A stretch of DNA of 64,000 bases, from the NCBI GenBank assembly GCA_965205865.1, contig CBDBHR010000030.1, forward strand, positions 224,001-288,000, written 5' to 3'. The notes beneath the pieces are model-generated. The model saw nothing but the letters and a program-made list of their open reading frames with translations, ran no database searches and was not told where the DNA came from. Below, piece by piece: positions 21,364 to 30,660 of this stretch (positions are counted from its first letter, which is position 1; each line of letters starts with the position of its first letter). This DNA is from a bacterium (lineage in GTDB: Bacteria; SAR324; NAC60-12). Both the position numbers and the translations under genes were made by a program.

Positions 21364-24300
21364 TGCTCCCTCAGCCTTCCTTCGTGAGGCTGCGAAAGAG
21401 CCCGGTAATACTCTTCAACCAGATTTTCATAAGTTGCAGGAATATCCTCCTGCTCTACCGAAAAAAGTCTATTCTTCAGTTGACTGATTTCCGCCTGAGC
21501 CTGCAATTGAGATTCGAGTTCCAGGATTGGTTCAAGGAGCTGTTTCCAAATGTCGGATCGAGTGAGGAAATCTTCGATTTCTTTCCGGGTCAATTCTCGG
21601 TGAATGGAACGCGCATCCTCTGCCCATCGCTCACCACGAGTCCAGGGCTCTATCAAGCCACGGGCATAATATTGAACGCGTTCCAGATTTTCCTGCATTT
21701 GATTGATCCTAGCACCCGGTTCTTCCCCTTGACTCAACTGTCTACCTCCCATCTGATCTGCTCTCCGTTGTCCCCGTTGTCCCTGCTGTGATGCCGTCCC
21801 TTGCCGCCCTTGCCGTGCAATCTCTTGCGGGGATGGGACCGCTCCCTGCCGTCCTTGATTTTCCGCCTGTACTTGTGGGGATAATTCGGTTTCGGAAGGA
21901 CGGTTCATTTCCGATTGTTGTTGCAACTGTTGATCAGCCAAGGGGTTGATTTGGTTCGAGTTTTCCACTTGCTGACGCAGGTTTTCCAATTCTCGTCGCA
22001 GCCTGCCAACATCAGCAGTTGCCTGTTGGATTTGTTCATCCCGGGATAGGGTTGCTCTTCCGCCTACTTGCTGTAGTTTGGTACTGAGAAAATCGATCGA
22101 TTGAGCGATTTCCTTTTCCATTTCTTTGGAACTTTCGAGCATTCCATTCTCCAGCAAAAAACGAGAAGACTCGACACGGTCAATCAAATGTTCTCTGCGA
22201 AGCGTGCGCAATGCATCCAGCGCTCGAGTTGCGATCTGCGGCTGTTTTTCATTTCCCCGCGCCAGTATTGTCCGTAAGAGCTTTTCAGTTTCACGTAAAT
22301 CATGTTCCAACTGTTCTTTTCCGGTTAATACTTCTTGTGTCAATGGTTGACTCGATTCCTGTGCAGGCGTGTTCTCTTCTATGGAAGCAAGGGTATCTTC
22401 TTGCGCGCCGTCTTGCATTTCCGTTGAAGCAGGTTGACCGGCATCGGAAACATCAGCGTCTGATTCGCCCTGATCGGCATGGGATAAATCCTGAATGTTT
22501 TCCAACAAAGCTCGCTGCAAGTTCTTTTGAATTTGGTCTTCCAGTTCTCGCAGTTGCCAGGCTTTTCGATTGAGGGCATCTACCAGATTGGACATCGCAT
22601 CCTTATTTTCCCGACTTCGCATGGCTTGTTCCTGGTTTCGCAGGTTCTCCAAGGCTTGGCTGCTTTTTTGAGCCGCGGTTTTGGTGTCTTCACGCAGGAG
22701 ACTGCGGGCAGCATCCTGCATTTGTTGGGATGCTTGCTCGAGTTGTTGCAAACGACTGGAGCCAGGGCGATTCATCCGACCATCCGCAGTACCTTGCCGA
22801 GTTAACCGAGAGGCGCTCTGGGAGAGTTCTTCCGTCTGGCGCTGCAACGCTTCCTGTTCCCGTCTCAGTTCTTCCAGGCGTCGTTTCATTTCTTCTTCGG
22901 AAATTTGATTTTGCCGGCGAGCGAGATCATTTTGACGCCGGTTCATCAATTCCTGACGCTGGGCCAATTCTTGCAATCGTCTCAGGACCTCCTCTTCTTC
23001 TGCTTGTTGAGGAGAGAGATTATTCTGTCCCGGCATCTCATAGCGATTTTCCAGACGTCCCATTTCCATTTCGAACAATTCCCTGAGATCTTCCCTTTCT
23101 TGTTGTTCTCTGCTACCGGCCCCTCCTCTTTGTCCACGGTTTTGGGCCGTCTCGATCTGAGTTTTTTTGCTGAGGGCGTCTGCTTTCAAAATGGCTTGCA
23201 AGGCAGTCTGCTCCGGAACCAACGCTTCTTTCAATTGTTGAGCATCCAGTTTTTCCCGGGCAAGCGCCATTTGCTCTACTGCCTGTTCCATGTAGGAGAC
23301 TGCGGTATCATAGCTTTCATCAGAATAGGAAAACCGTTCTGTCAGGCGACGCAAAGACATTTGGGCACGTTGCAGGACTTCGGATTGGGAACTTGCCACA
23401 ACTTGGACGTCTTCAGTAAATTTATTCGTGTTGACGTTTTTTTGTTGTTTCAACAATTTCCAGGTTGCTACAATGATTTTCTTTTGATTTTCCGCCAGGG
23501 CGCTGGATTGCTGCTGGCGCCCGCCCATTTCTCCGCCTCCCATTCCTCCTTCGTTCGGCCTTGCGACAACACGGCGAAATTCTTCTTTGGTGGAAATCAC
23601 TTCGAGGAAATAAATATCAGAAAACACTTCGCTGGAGCCTTGCAGGCCATTGTTGTCTGCGGCGGATAAATAATACGAAACAAAATCTCCCGGTTTTACC
23701 TCCAACTCCTCCAAATAGATTAGCGCGTCACCCTCCAGGGTGAGATCGAGTTGCTGTTGGGGTTCACCGGACAAGGGAACTTGCTGTTCGTCTCCTCCGG
23801 AAATGCTGTAATGCAGGACAAATCTGTTCAGTCCATAATCATCTGACGCCGTTGCGCGCAGGAAGACTTCTTCCAAGGAGGTCACTCTTCGGTCTTTTCC
23901 AGGATGGAGAAGAGACAACTGAGGCGCCTTGTCGGGGATCGAACGGACAAAGTATTCAGTGGGGTTGACGTTTTCCAGGCCCTCCTGGTCTGTCACCCGG
24001 ATGGTATAGGTAGCATCTTTCAAGACGGTAAAGCCACCACTGCTACCCAACTCTCCAAGACGGACGGCAGACGTTGAATTTTCCGGCGGGCTCAGTTCTA
24101 TAGTGGTACCGTCTTTGAATTGAAGAGTTGCCCTGCTGACCGGTTTATTGAAGGTTGCATGGAGCGTGACCCGAGTCCCTTGCGGAGCAATGATATCGCC
24201 TTCGGGTTCTCCGGTTTTTGATGGCATCCCCGTGTAGTGCGGATAGTCATAGTCCACTTCCAACTTCTCCAATCGTGGCATTTCAAAGACTGAGACTCGA

Positions 24301-25169
24301 TACTGTCGGGAGCGTTTTCCGCCTGTATCGACATAGTAACTCAGATCTTCTTGGACCGATGACAAGTAGTAAGTATAAGTCTGCTCTTCACCTTCAGTGC
24401 GCATCGGTTCGGATTCCCAATGCGCGCGGTTTGTTTGCAGGTAAAGATTGACTCGTTCCGGGAAACTGTTTTCCACAGTGGCTACGATGGTGAGATCCTT
24501 CCCCCTTTGCATGCGGAGATCTCCGGGTATCACCGTCAATTCGACAGGCAATGTTTTCGCCTCACCTGCTTGCCAAGGCCAGAGAATTTGGCTGCTGGCA
24601 TGAAAAAAATCAACGGAAGTGAAGAGCAAGGTCATCCAAAAGACTGATATCAGCAAAGCCGTTCCCATTGCCGGCCAAGCTTTGCGAAATGTCGCTACGC
24701 GTTCAATGCTTTGATGCCGGATATGGGTCTGCGCGTCTTCCCAGAGTTGATTGAGCAATTGGGCGGAAACTCCGCTTTGGCCCGCTGTCCGCTCAGCTTG
24801 AGCCGCAATTTTTTCGTTTTCAGGGTAAGCGCTTTTGTCAAATTCGATGGAAGTGAGAAGCCGCTGTTCCAGATCGGGGAGCCGGTCTTCCACGTAATGA
24901 GCAAGCCGCTGCTGGTCGGATTCCAAGCGTCGCGCTTTCCAACTATGACGGCCGATCATGGAAACCAAGCCAAGAATCCAAAGGAAAAACAGAAAAACAC
25001 GGCCTTGCCATGAAAATTGAAAGGACATTTCCAACCACCCGAAAATGAGCAACAAAACCACAATTCCAGCAAGCGTCAGGCTACATTGCCGCAGAAAGAA
25101 AACTCGCTGACGGCGCTGTTGAACGCTTTTGATTTTTTCACGCAGGTTTTCAATTGCTGATAAGGACAT
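21360..25169 (-). CDS. Large membrane-anchored coiled-coil protein (DUF4175-like)
   Basis: N-terminal TMs, Ig-like region with ASDDYGL, long Q/E/R-rich coiled coil. Confidence 0.75.
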   Translation of the reverse strand: MSLSAIENLREKIKSVQQRRQRVFFLRQCSLTLAGIVVLLLIFGWLEMSFQFSWQGRVFLFFLWILGLVSMIGRHSWKARRLESDQQRLAHYVEDRLPDLEQRLLTSIEFDKSAYPENEKIAAQAERTAGQSGVSAQLLNQLWEDAQTHIRHQSIERVATFRKAWPAMGTALLISVFWMTLLFTSVDFFHASSQILWPWQAGEAKTLPVELTVIPGDLRMQRGKDLTIVATVENSFPERVNLYLQTNRAHWESEPMRTEGEEQTYTYYLSSVQEDLSYYVDTGGKRSRQYRVSVFEMPRLEKLEVDYDYPHYTGMPSKTGEPEGDIIAPQGTRVTLHATFNKPVSRATLQFKDGTTIELSPPENSTSAVRLGELGSSGGFTVLKDATYTIRVTDQEGLENVNPTEYFVRSIPDKAPQLSLLHPGKDRRVTSLEEVFLRATASDDYGLNRFVLHYSISGGDEQQVPLSGEPQQQLDLTLEGDALIYLEELEVKPGDFVSYYLSAADNNGLQGSSEVFSDIYFLEVISTKEEFRRVVARPNEGGMGGGEMGGRQQQSSALAENQKKIIVATWKLLKQQKNVNTNKFTEDVQVVASSQSEVLQRAQMSLRRLTERFSYSDESYDTAVSYMEQAVEQMALAREKLDAQQLKEALVPEQTALQAILKADALSKKTQIETAQNRGQRGGAGSREQQEREDLRELFEMEMGRLENRYEMPGQNNLSPQQAEEEEVLRRLQELAQRQELMNRRQNDLARRQNQISEEEMKRRLEELRREQEALQRQTEELSQSASRLTRQGTADGRMNRPGSSRLQQLEQASQQMQDAARSLLREDTKTAAQKSSQALENLRNQEQAMRSRENKDAMSNLVDALNRKAWQLRELEDQIQKNLQRALLENIQDLSHADQGESDADVSDAGQPASTEMQDGAQEDTLASIEENTPAQESSQPLTQEVLTGKEQLEHDLRETEKLLRTILARGNEKQPQIATRALDALRTLRREHLIDRVESSRFLLENGMLESSKEMEKEIAQSIDFLSTKLQQVGGRATLSRDEQIQQATADVGRLRRELENLRQQVENSNQINPLADQQLQQQSEMNRPSETELSPQVQAENQGRQGAVPSPQEIARQGRQGTASQQGQRGQRRADQMGGRQLSQGEEPGARINQMQENLERVQYYARGLIEPWTRGERWAEDARSIHRELTRKEIEDFLTRSDIWKQLLEPILELESQLQAQAEISQLKNRLFSVEQEDIPATYENLVEEYYRALSQPHEGRLREQ

Positions 25170-25187
25170 AAGCGCCTCGCTTGAAAA

Positions 25188-27350
25188 TTATCTGAAAGTC
25201 CGATTTGCCAGTATTGTTTCTCCGATTCCCAGAAGGACAACAAAGAGGAGCAGCCACCACCAGAAACGCTGTGATTTGTCCGCCTGAAGGTTGTAAAAGA
25301 AAGTTTGCGATTCCTGTGAAGTCCGGGTTTCGATTTCAGGATTGACCACCAAATCGTGAAGCGCCTGGGGAGCGAATGACGTCAAATCCGATTCTTTGGG
25401 GGAAGTATTGACAGCAAAGTAATCCTGAAAATTATTGCTGCGGATGTGGTAAAAACCGGGTGTCTGGGTCTTGCTATAGAAATGACGTTCGCCAGATTCG
25501 GCGAATTGCTCATGAGGAGTCAATACAGTTTTTTCCCCCAGGGGTGAAATAACATGCATCAGCGTCCTTGCCGGAACATGTATCGAAACCGGCTCATCGA
25601 TCACATAGGCCCGTTTTTTTTCGACATGTCTGGATAGATAGCGGAAAGTTTCATGCAGCCAGGGAAGATACCAAACCTGCAAAGGGAGGTTACTCCATTC
25701 GATATCCAATGACGAGGTGAGTAGCAATACTCGTCCCCTGCCAATCTTTTGCTCGACAAGAGCGGGTTTGCCGTTGTCGAATTGCATGAGGATTTCGCTC
25801 TCTTCTTTAGCTGTCACCAACCAGTAACCTTTAAATCGGGCGGTCCCAAAGTCACTATCCGCATTTGCTCGCAGCGCCTGAAACACCGGATGCCGGTGCT
25901 TGACGTCAGCAAGCACCAGATAACCATCGTCAAGGATCTTTTTTTCCTCCAAAACGGCTGGCGCCATTTTTGAAAAAAATCGGTTAAAACCTTCGACTTC
26001 CACTCTATCCCCCAGAGCAATCAGCAAATTGCCTCCGCGTGACACAAAAGACTGAATGGCTTTCAACTCGTTTTCTCCCAGTTGTCTCACATTGAGCAGG
26101 ACAATGACTTTATAAAGATTCAGAGATTGCCGGTCGAACTGATGGGGCTCGACCACCTCCAGTTGAAAATTGGATGCGCCGTCGGACTGGAACGTTAAGG
26201 CGGGTGATTCACTTTCGCTGAGTCCGTCATAGCGAGTAGATGGCTCGCCCATGGCCAAACGGAACCAATGACTCTCGTCGTCATACCAATCCTCGTCGGA
26301 TTCTCCATTGACCGCCAAAATATGAATGGGCGAAGGAAGATTGACCGTGAAATGGTAAGTGTTGTCCGGTGGAAATTGATCGTCCTCAACCACCACGGCA
26401 CCCCGCTGCGTCAATTGCTCAGTGGTGGACTTCCCAGTATCTGAATTGCTCTCGAAAGTGGCGTGGAATACTACCACAGCTTCCGATTCATGGCTCAGCT
26501 CCACCGTCCGGGTTTCAATGATTTGCAGATCACTGCCCGTCCGTTCCATCATCAAGGATACTCTTGCTCGAGAGACGTGTTGGCTGCCCAAGCTTCGAAT
26601 TTTTCCCAGGATGGTATGCTCTTCTTCATCTCGGCCCACCAAATTGGGCGATTTGACATCGGTTACAGCAAGGTTGGAGGTGGTCTCATTTCCGATTTTC
26701 CTGGATTTCAAGGTGATTCCCGGGCTCAACTGCCAAGAGGTATCCGGACTTTCGAATGCCTGACGTTGAAAATCAGACACCAGATAAATAGTCCGTTCCG
26801 GATTGCCTGCCGAACTCAGGATTTGATCGGCAAGCTTCAGTGCCGGAAGATATTGAGTTTCCCGGTAGTCGGGGCTGTCCAGGCTTTTTAAGAAAGATTC
26901 CAGTTCATTCAGATCGGTGGTCAACCCTTTAAGATGATCGGTGCTTTCCGAAAAAGTTACCAAAGCCGCTTCGTCTCCTGTCTGCAGCGACTGGAGAATT
27001 TGGAGTGCTTCTGCCTTTGCACGGGCAAAATGATCTCCATAGCGCATGCTCATGGACCTGTCCAACAGGATCACCACAGACTGAGGAGACAACCCTGCAA
27101 TTTGAGAAAAGGCTCCGAGGAATGGACGAGCAAAGGCCAGCGCCAGCAGGACAAAAATCAGCGTGCGCGCCAACAGGAGTAGCCATTGCTGAATCTGCTG
27201 AAAATAAACCGTCCTTTTCGAAGTCGTTTTCAAGAATCGGAGAGTGGTGAAAACTACTTTGACGGCCTTTTTTCTGCGGATCATGTGAATCGCAATGGGA
27301 ATCGCGATACCTGTGATTGCAAGCAAAAACCAGGGCGTCAGAAAGGACAT
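25188..27350 (-). CDS. BatA N-terminal and VWA domain protein
   Basis: MSFLTPWFLLA...PIAIH...F.TLRFL BatA motif; LLDRSMSM MIDAS. Confidence 0.85.
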   Translation of the reverse strand: MSFLTPWFLLAITGIAIPIAIHMIRRKKAVKVVFTTLRFLKTTSKRTVYFQQIQQWLLLLARTLIFVLLALAFARPFLGAFSQIAGLSPQSVVILLDRSMSMRYGDHFARAKAEALQILQSLQTGDEAALVTFSESTDHLKGLTTDLNELESFLKSLDSPDYRETQYLPALKLADQILSSAGNPERTIYLVSDFQRQAFESPDTSWQLSPGITLKSRKIGNETTSNLAVTDVKSPNLVGRDEEEHTILGKIRSLGSQHVSRARVSLMMERTGSDLQIIETRTVELSHESEAVVVFHATFESNSDTGKSTTEQLTQRGAVVVEDDQFPPDNTYHFTVNLPSPIHILAVNGESDEDWYDDESHWFRLAMGEPSTRYDGLSESESPALTFQSDGASNFQLEVVEPHQFDRQSLNLYKVIVLLNVRQLGENELKAIQSFVSRGGNLLIALGDRVEVEGFNRFFSKMAPAVLEEKKILDDGYLVLADVKHRHPVFQALRANADSDFGTARFKGYWLVTAKEESEILMQFDNGKPALVEQKIGRGRVLLLTSSLDIEWSNLPLQVWYLPWLHETFRYLSRHVEKKRAYVIDEPVSIHVPARTLMHVISPLGEKTVLTPHEQFAESGERHFYSKTQTPGFYHIRSNNFQDYFAVNTSPKESDLTSFAPQALHDLVVNPEIETRTSQESQTFFYNLQADKSQRFWWWLLLFVVLLGIGETILANRTFR

Positions 27351-27368
27351 GCGAATTACTCTGCGCAA

Positions 27369-28277
27369 TTAAAAGCTTTTGGCGCGCCTCATCAAATAAG
27401 ACGACAAAGCGGCATCTATTGGTTCCGAAGTATTTAAAAGGTGATAATCGATTCCATGGATCTGGCATTGCTTCCGGCAGAATCGGCAAAATTTTTCGAG
27501 CTCCTGCAGATAGGATTCACGGACTGCTTCGGGTACGGTCGTGATGGTTTCCAGACTTTCCATGTCTTCGAATTCGGAAATCCGCTCGAAAGGAAAGGTC
27601 AATTCGGCGTCATCCATAACATGAAACACGATGACGTCATTGCCCTTGAAACAAAGTTGCCGCAAGGCTTTGACCGCCGATTCCTCCATCTCCACGGGCT
27701 GATCATCCAGCAGATCACTGATCATGATAATCAAACTTTTCCGCTTCAAACTGAAAGCCAATTCCTCAAGTGGACGCATGAAGTTGGTCCGCTTCCCCAA
27801 CTCCACCTGGGCCAGGGTTCTTAAGATTTGCATGAGATGTCCTTGACGGCAGCGGGATGGCAAGTGTTCGCGGATTTTCTCGTCAAAGGTGATCAATCCC
27901 ACCGCATCCCTTTGGCTCATCATGAAATAGGCCAAAGCGGAGGCTAGAGTCCGCGCATATTCCAGTTTCGTCATCGCTCCGGATTGATAGCCCATGGAAG
28001 CGCTGCAATCGAGCAGAATATGGCAGCGGACATTCGTCTCGTCTTCATATTGCTTGATATAATACTTGTCGGTGCGCGCATAAAGCTTCCAGTCGACGTG
28101 CCGGATGTCGTCGCCGGGCGCGTAATGTCGATAGTCGGTAAATTCGACGCTGAATCCCCGGTAAGGGCTTTTGTGCAATCCGTTGAGAAAACCCTCTACC
28201 ACCGTTTTGGCGCGCAACTCCAAATTTGAGATACTGGCCAAAACCGTTGGGGGGAGAAAACGAAGTTCTTCAGCCAT
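27369..28277 (-). CDS. DUF58 domain protein
   Basis: G.SVEF.DYR.Y.PGDDIR.VDWK..AR motif. Confidence 0.92.
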   Translation of the reverse strand: MAEELRFLPPTVLASISNLELRAKTVVEGFLNGLHKSPYRGFSVEFTDYRHYAPGDDIRHVDWKLYARTDKYYIKQYEDETNVRCHILLDCSASMGYQSGAMTKLEYARTLASALAYFMMSQRDAVGLITFDEKIREHLPSRCRQGHLMQILRTLAQVELGKRTNFMRPLEELAFSLKRKSLIIMISDLLDDQPVEMEESAVKALRQLCFKGNDVIVFHVMDDAELTFPFERISEFEDMESLETITTVPEAVRESYLQELEKFCRFCRKQCQIHGIDYHLLNTSEPIDAALSSYLMRRAKSF

Positions 28278-28290
28278 GTATTGCCTGTTT

Positions 28291-29397
28291 TTATAAGCCG
28301 GAGCTTGGCTCGGGCACCACCTCCAGCAGTTTGTGGATCACCCGGGTCGTGTCAATGCGCTCTGCCTCGGCATGGAAATTAAGAAGAATACGGTGACGCA
28401 GGACAGGATGCGCCAGTGCCCGGATGTCATTGAAAGAAACATTGTAACGACCCTGAAGCAAAGCTCGTACTTTTCCGCCCAGGATCAGAAATTGAGAGGC
28501 GCGGAGTCCGGCGCCCCAACTCACCCAGTCTTTAATGAACTGAGGAGCGTCGGGTGTGGACGGACGACTGCTTCGAACTAGCCGTACTGCGTATTGCGTG
28601 ACTATTTCTGCCGCCGGGACTTGACGGGCAATATATTGAAAATCGAGAATGTCCTGCCCCGTGAGAAGATGTTCCACGGTAGTATCGATGATTCGCGTAG
28701 TGTTATTCACCACCTTGATTTCATCTTTCTCTGGCAGGTAGTCGATTATTATTTTGAACATGAATCGGTCCAACTGCGCCTCCGGCAAAGGATAAGTGCC
28801 TTCCAATTCAATGGGATTTTGTGTTGCCAGTACGAAAAATGGCTCGTCCAACCGGTAGGTTGTACCTGCAGCGGTGACTTGTTTTTCCTCCATTGCTTCC
28901 AGCAAGGAAGATTGGGTTTTTGGAGGCGTGCGATTGATTTCATCTGCTAGTAAAATGTTGGCAAAAATAGGACCCTTGACGAACTTCAAAGTTCGATGTC
29001 CGGTCGCATGGTCTTCTTCCACGACCTCTGTCCCCACCACGTCCGAGGGCATCAAGTCGGGAGTGAATTGAATGCGGTTGAACTGGAGTTGCAGGATATC
29101 GGCAATTGTCTTGATGAGCAGTGTTTTGGCAAGTCCGGGAACGCCGGTAATCAAGCAATGTCCACCGCAGAATAGCGCAACGAGCACTTCCTCGATCACT
29201 TCATCCTGCCCCACGATCACCTTTTTCAACTCCCGGACCATTTTTTCCCGCCCTTCTTTCATGCGGGCTACTAATGCCAGATCGTCGTTTTGCCGGGCTG
29301 ACGGATCGTCAATCGGATCTCCTGAATTTTGGCTATGCGAAGTGTTACAAGGGAGATCGGTTGAGTCAGTACGTCCCATCATTGCTCCTTTGATCAA
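28291..29397 (-). CDS. MoxR-family AAA+ ATPase
   Basis: GVPGLAKT, RIQFTPDLMPSD, DEINRTPPKTQS and EGTYPLPEAQLDRF motifs. Confidence 0.95.
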   Translation of the reverse strand: MIKGAMMGRTDSTDLPCNTSHSQNSGDPIDDPSARQNDDLALVARMKEGREKMVRELKKVIVGQDEVIEEVLVALFCGGHCLITGVPGLAKTLLIKTIADILQLQFNRIQFTPDLMPSDVVGTEVVEEDHATGHRTLKFVKGPIFANILLADEINRTPPKTQSSLLEAMEEKQVTAAGTTYRLDEPFFVLATQNPIELEGTYPLPEAQLDRFMFKIIIDYLPEKDEIKVVNNTTRIIDTTVEHLLTGQDILDFQYIARQVPAAEIVTQYAVRLVRSSRPSTPDAPQFIKDWVSWGAGLRASQFLILGGKVRALLQGRYNVSFNDIRALAHPVLRHRILLNFHAEAERIDTTRVIHKLLEVVPEPSSGL

Positions 29398-29480
29398 GGA
29401 AAAGGTCGACGCCGTTCACCATAAATAGTACCCTGTGATTTTCTTTGATTAATTTTAAAAAAGATAATTATTTCAACAAC

Positions 29481-29564
29481 TTGTCATACCGGACTTGATC
29501 CGGTATCCAGATAATGAATAGTGAGGCAGACCACTGGATTCCGGGTCGAGCCCGGAATGACAAA
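29481..29564. repeat. REP-like palindromic element (TGTCAT.CCGG...CCGGAATGACA)
   Basis: Inverted ends TTGTCAT/ATGACAA with two internal hairpins. Confidence 0.7.
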
Positions 29565-29639
29565 AATAGAAAATCACACCCAACTAAATAGCATAATTTT
29601 CAATAAATAATGTTATTTTTCAAATGTGATTCTAATGTT

Positions 29640-30404
29640 TCAATGCGTCATGGCGTAAATCAAGTAATTGATCCCAAGCTGGTAAGCCAGATTGGCGTAT
29701 TTGGTTGGATATGCCGGATGGTAGGTATGTTCCCAGCCATCACCTATATCAGAATTCCAGTTGATCAAAACCATCACTCGTCCCTCGTCGTCAAGAATGG
29801 CCCGATTGATGGCGACGGCCACGTCTTGTTCCGGGTAATTGTATTGGCTGCGACTGATTGCAGGAATCATTTGGGGACCATCGATATCATAGAAACAGTG
29901 GAAAATTGGATGATTTCTATCAAGTTCAACCACCGGTCGGTCTGGAAAAACTTTGGAGAAAGCATTGTAAAAGTAGTCCCATTCCAAGCTTCCCCAAAAA
30001 TCGTCGATGAAGAGAAAGCCTCCCCGCAGGAGATACTCGCGCAGGTTTTTGATTTCTTTTTCGTTGAAATCAGGCCCCTTTCCTCGTCCCATTTCCAGCA
30101 TGTAGAGAAACGGGTATTCAAAAATCCGGTCATCGTCCAAACGCAGAACTTCCGGACTGGCATTGATATGGATATTGGTCAGTCGAGTAACGCCACGGAG
30201 GAAATTGAAGTCGGCATCCGGATAATCGACCGACCAACTGGACCAACCGCCCCACGAGTATTCATTTCCCCAAGTGCCGAAATTGTCGTATTGGATGCGA
30301 ATGAAGGTAAATTCATCTCCGGCAGCTCCTATTTTTTTTGACCCTTGCTGCGCCAATGCGCAAGAACCGATGAGCAAAGCCAAGAAGAAAAGCAGTTTTT
30401 TCAT
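29640..30404 (-). CDS. DUF4159 domain protein
   Basis: DYPDAD.NF, LREYLLRGGFL.IDDFWG, DIGDGWE and GINYLIYAMTH motifs. Confidence 0.88.
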   Translation of the reverse strand: MKKLLFFLALLIGSCALAQQGSKKIGAAGDEFTFIRIQYDNFGTWGNEYSWGGWSSWSVDYPDADFNFLRGVTRLTNIHINASPEVLRLDDDRIFEYPFLYMLEMGRGKGPDFNEKEIKNLREYLLRGGFLFIDDFWGSLEWDYFYNAFSKVFPDRPVVELDRNHPIFHCFYDIDGPQMIPAISRSQYNYPEQDVAVAINRAILDDEGRVMVLINWNSDIGDGWEHTYHPAYPTKYANLAYQLGINYLIYAMTH

Positions 30405-30503
30405 TTTTTATCCCAAATTTTTCGCTACAGCGACTGAGTTGTCCACTTGGAAAGGCACTCCCGCAAATTTTTCAATCATTGTCCTGCAGCTTTCATTTTC
30501 CAG

Positions 30504-30608
30504 TTGACAGTTCCTCTGTCATCCTCGCGAATGCGGGGATCCAACTTCGTGACTACCACTGGATTTCTGCCTGCGCAGGAATGACAACAAAGGCGGCAAA
30601 CTGTCAAC
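30504..30608. repeat. REP-like palindromic element inside a TTGACAGTT/AACTGTCAA inverted repeat
   Basis: TGTCATCCTCGCGAATGCGGGGATCC...GCAGGAATGACA flanked by a 9-bp inverted repeat. Confidence 0.65.
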
Positions 30609-30660
30609 TACTTTTTACTATTTGTGAAGGCTCCCCATTGTCCTGCGAAATATTATTTTA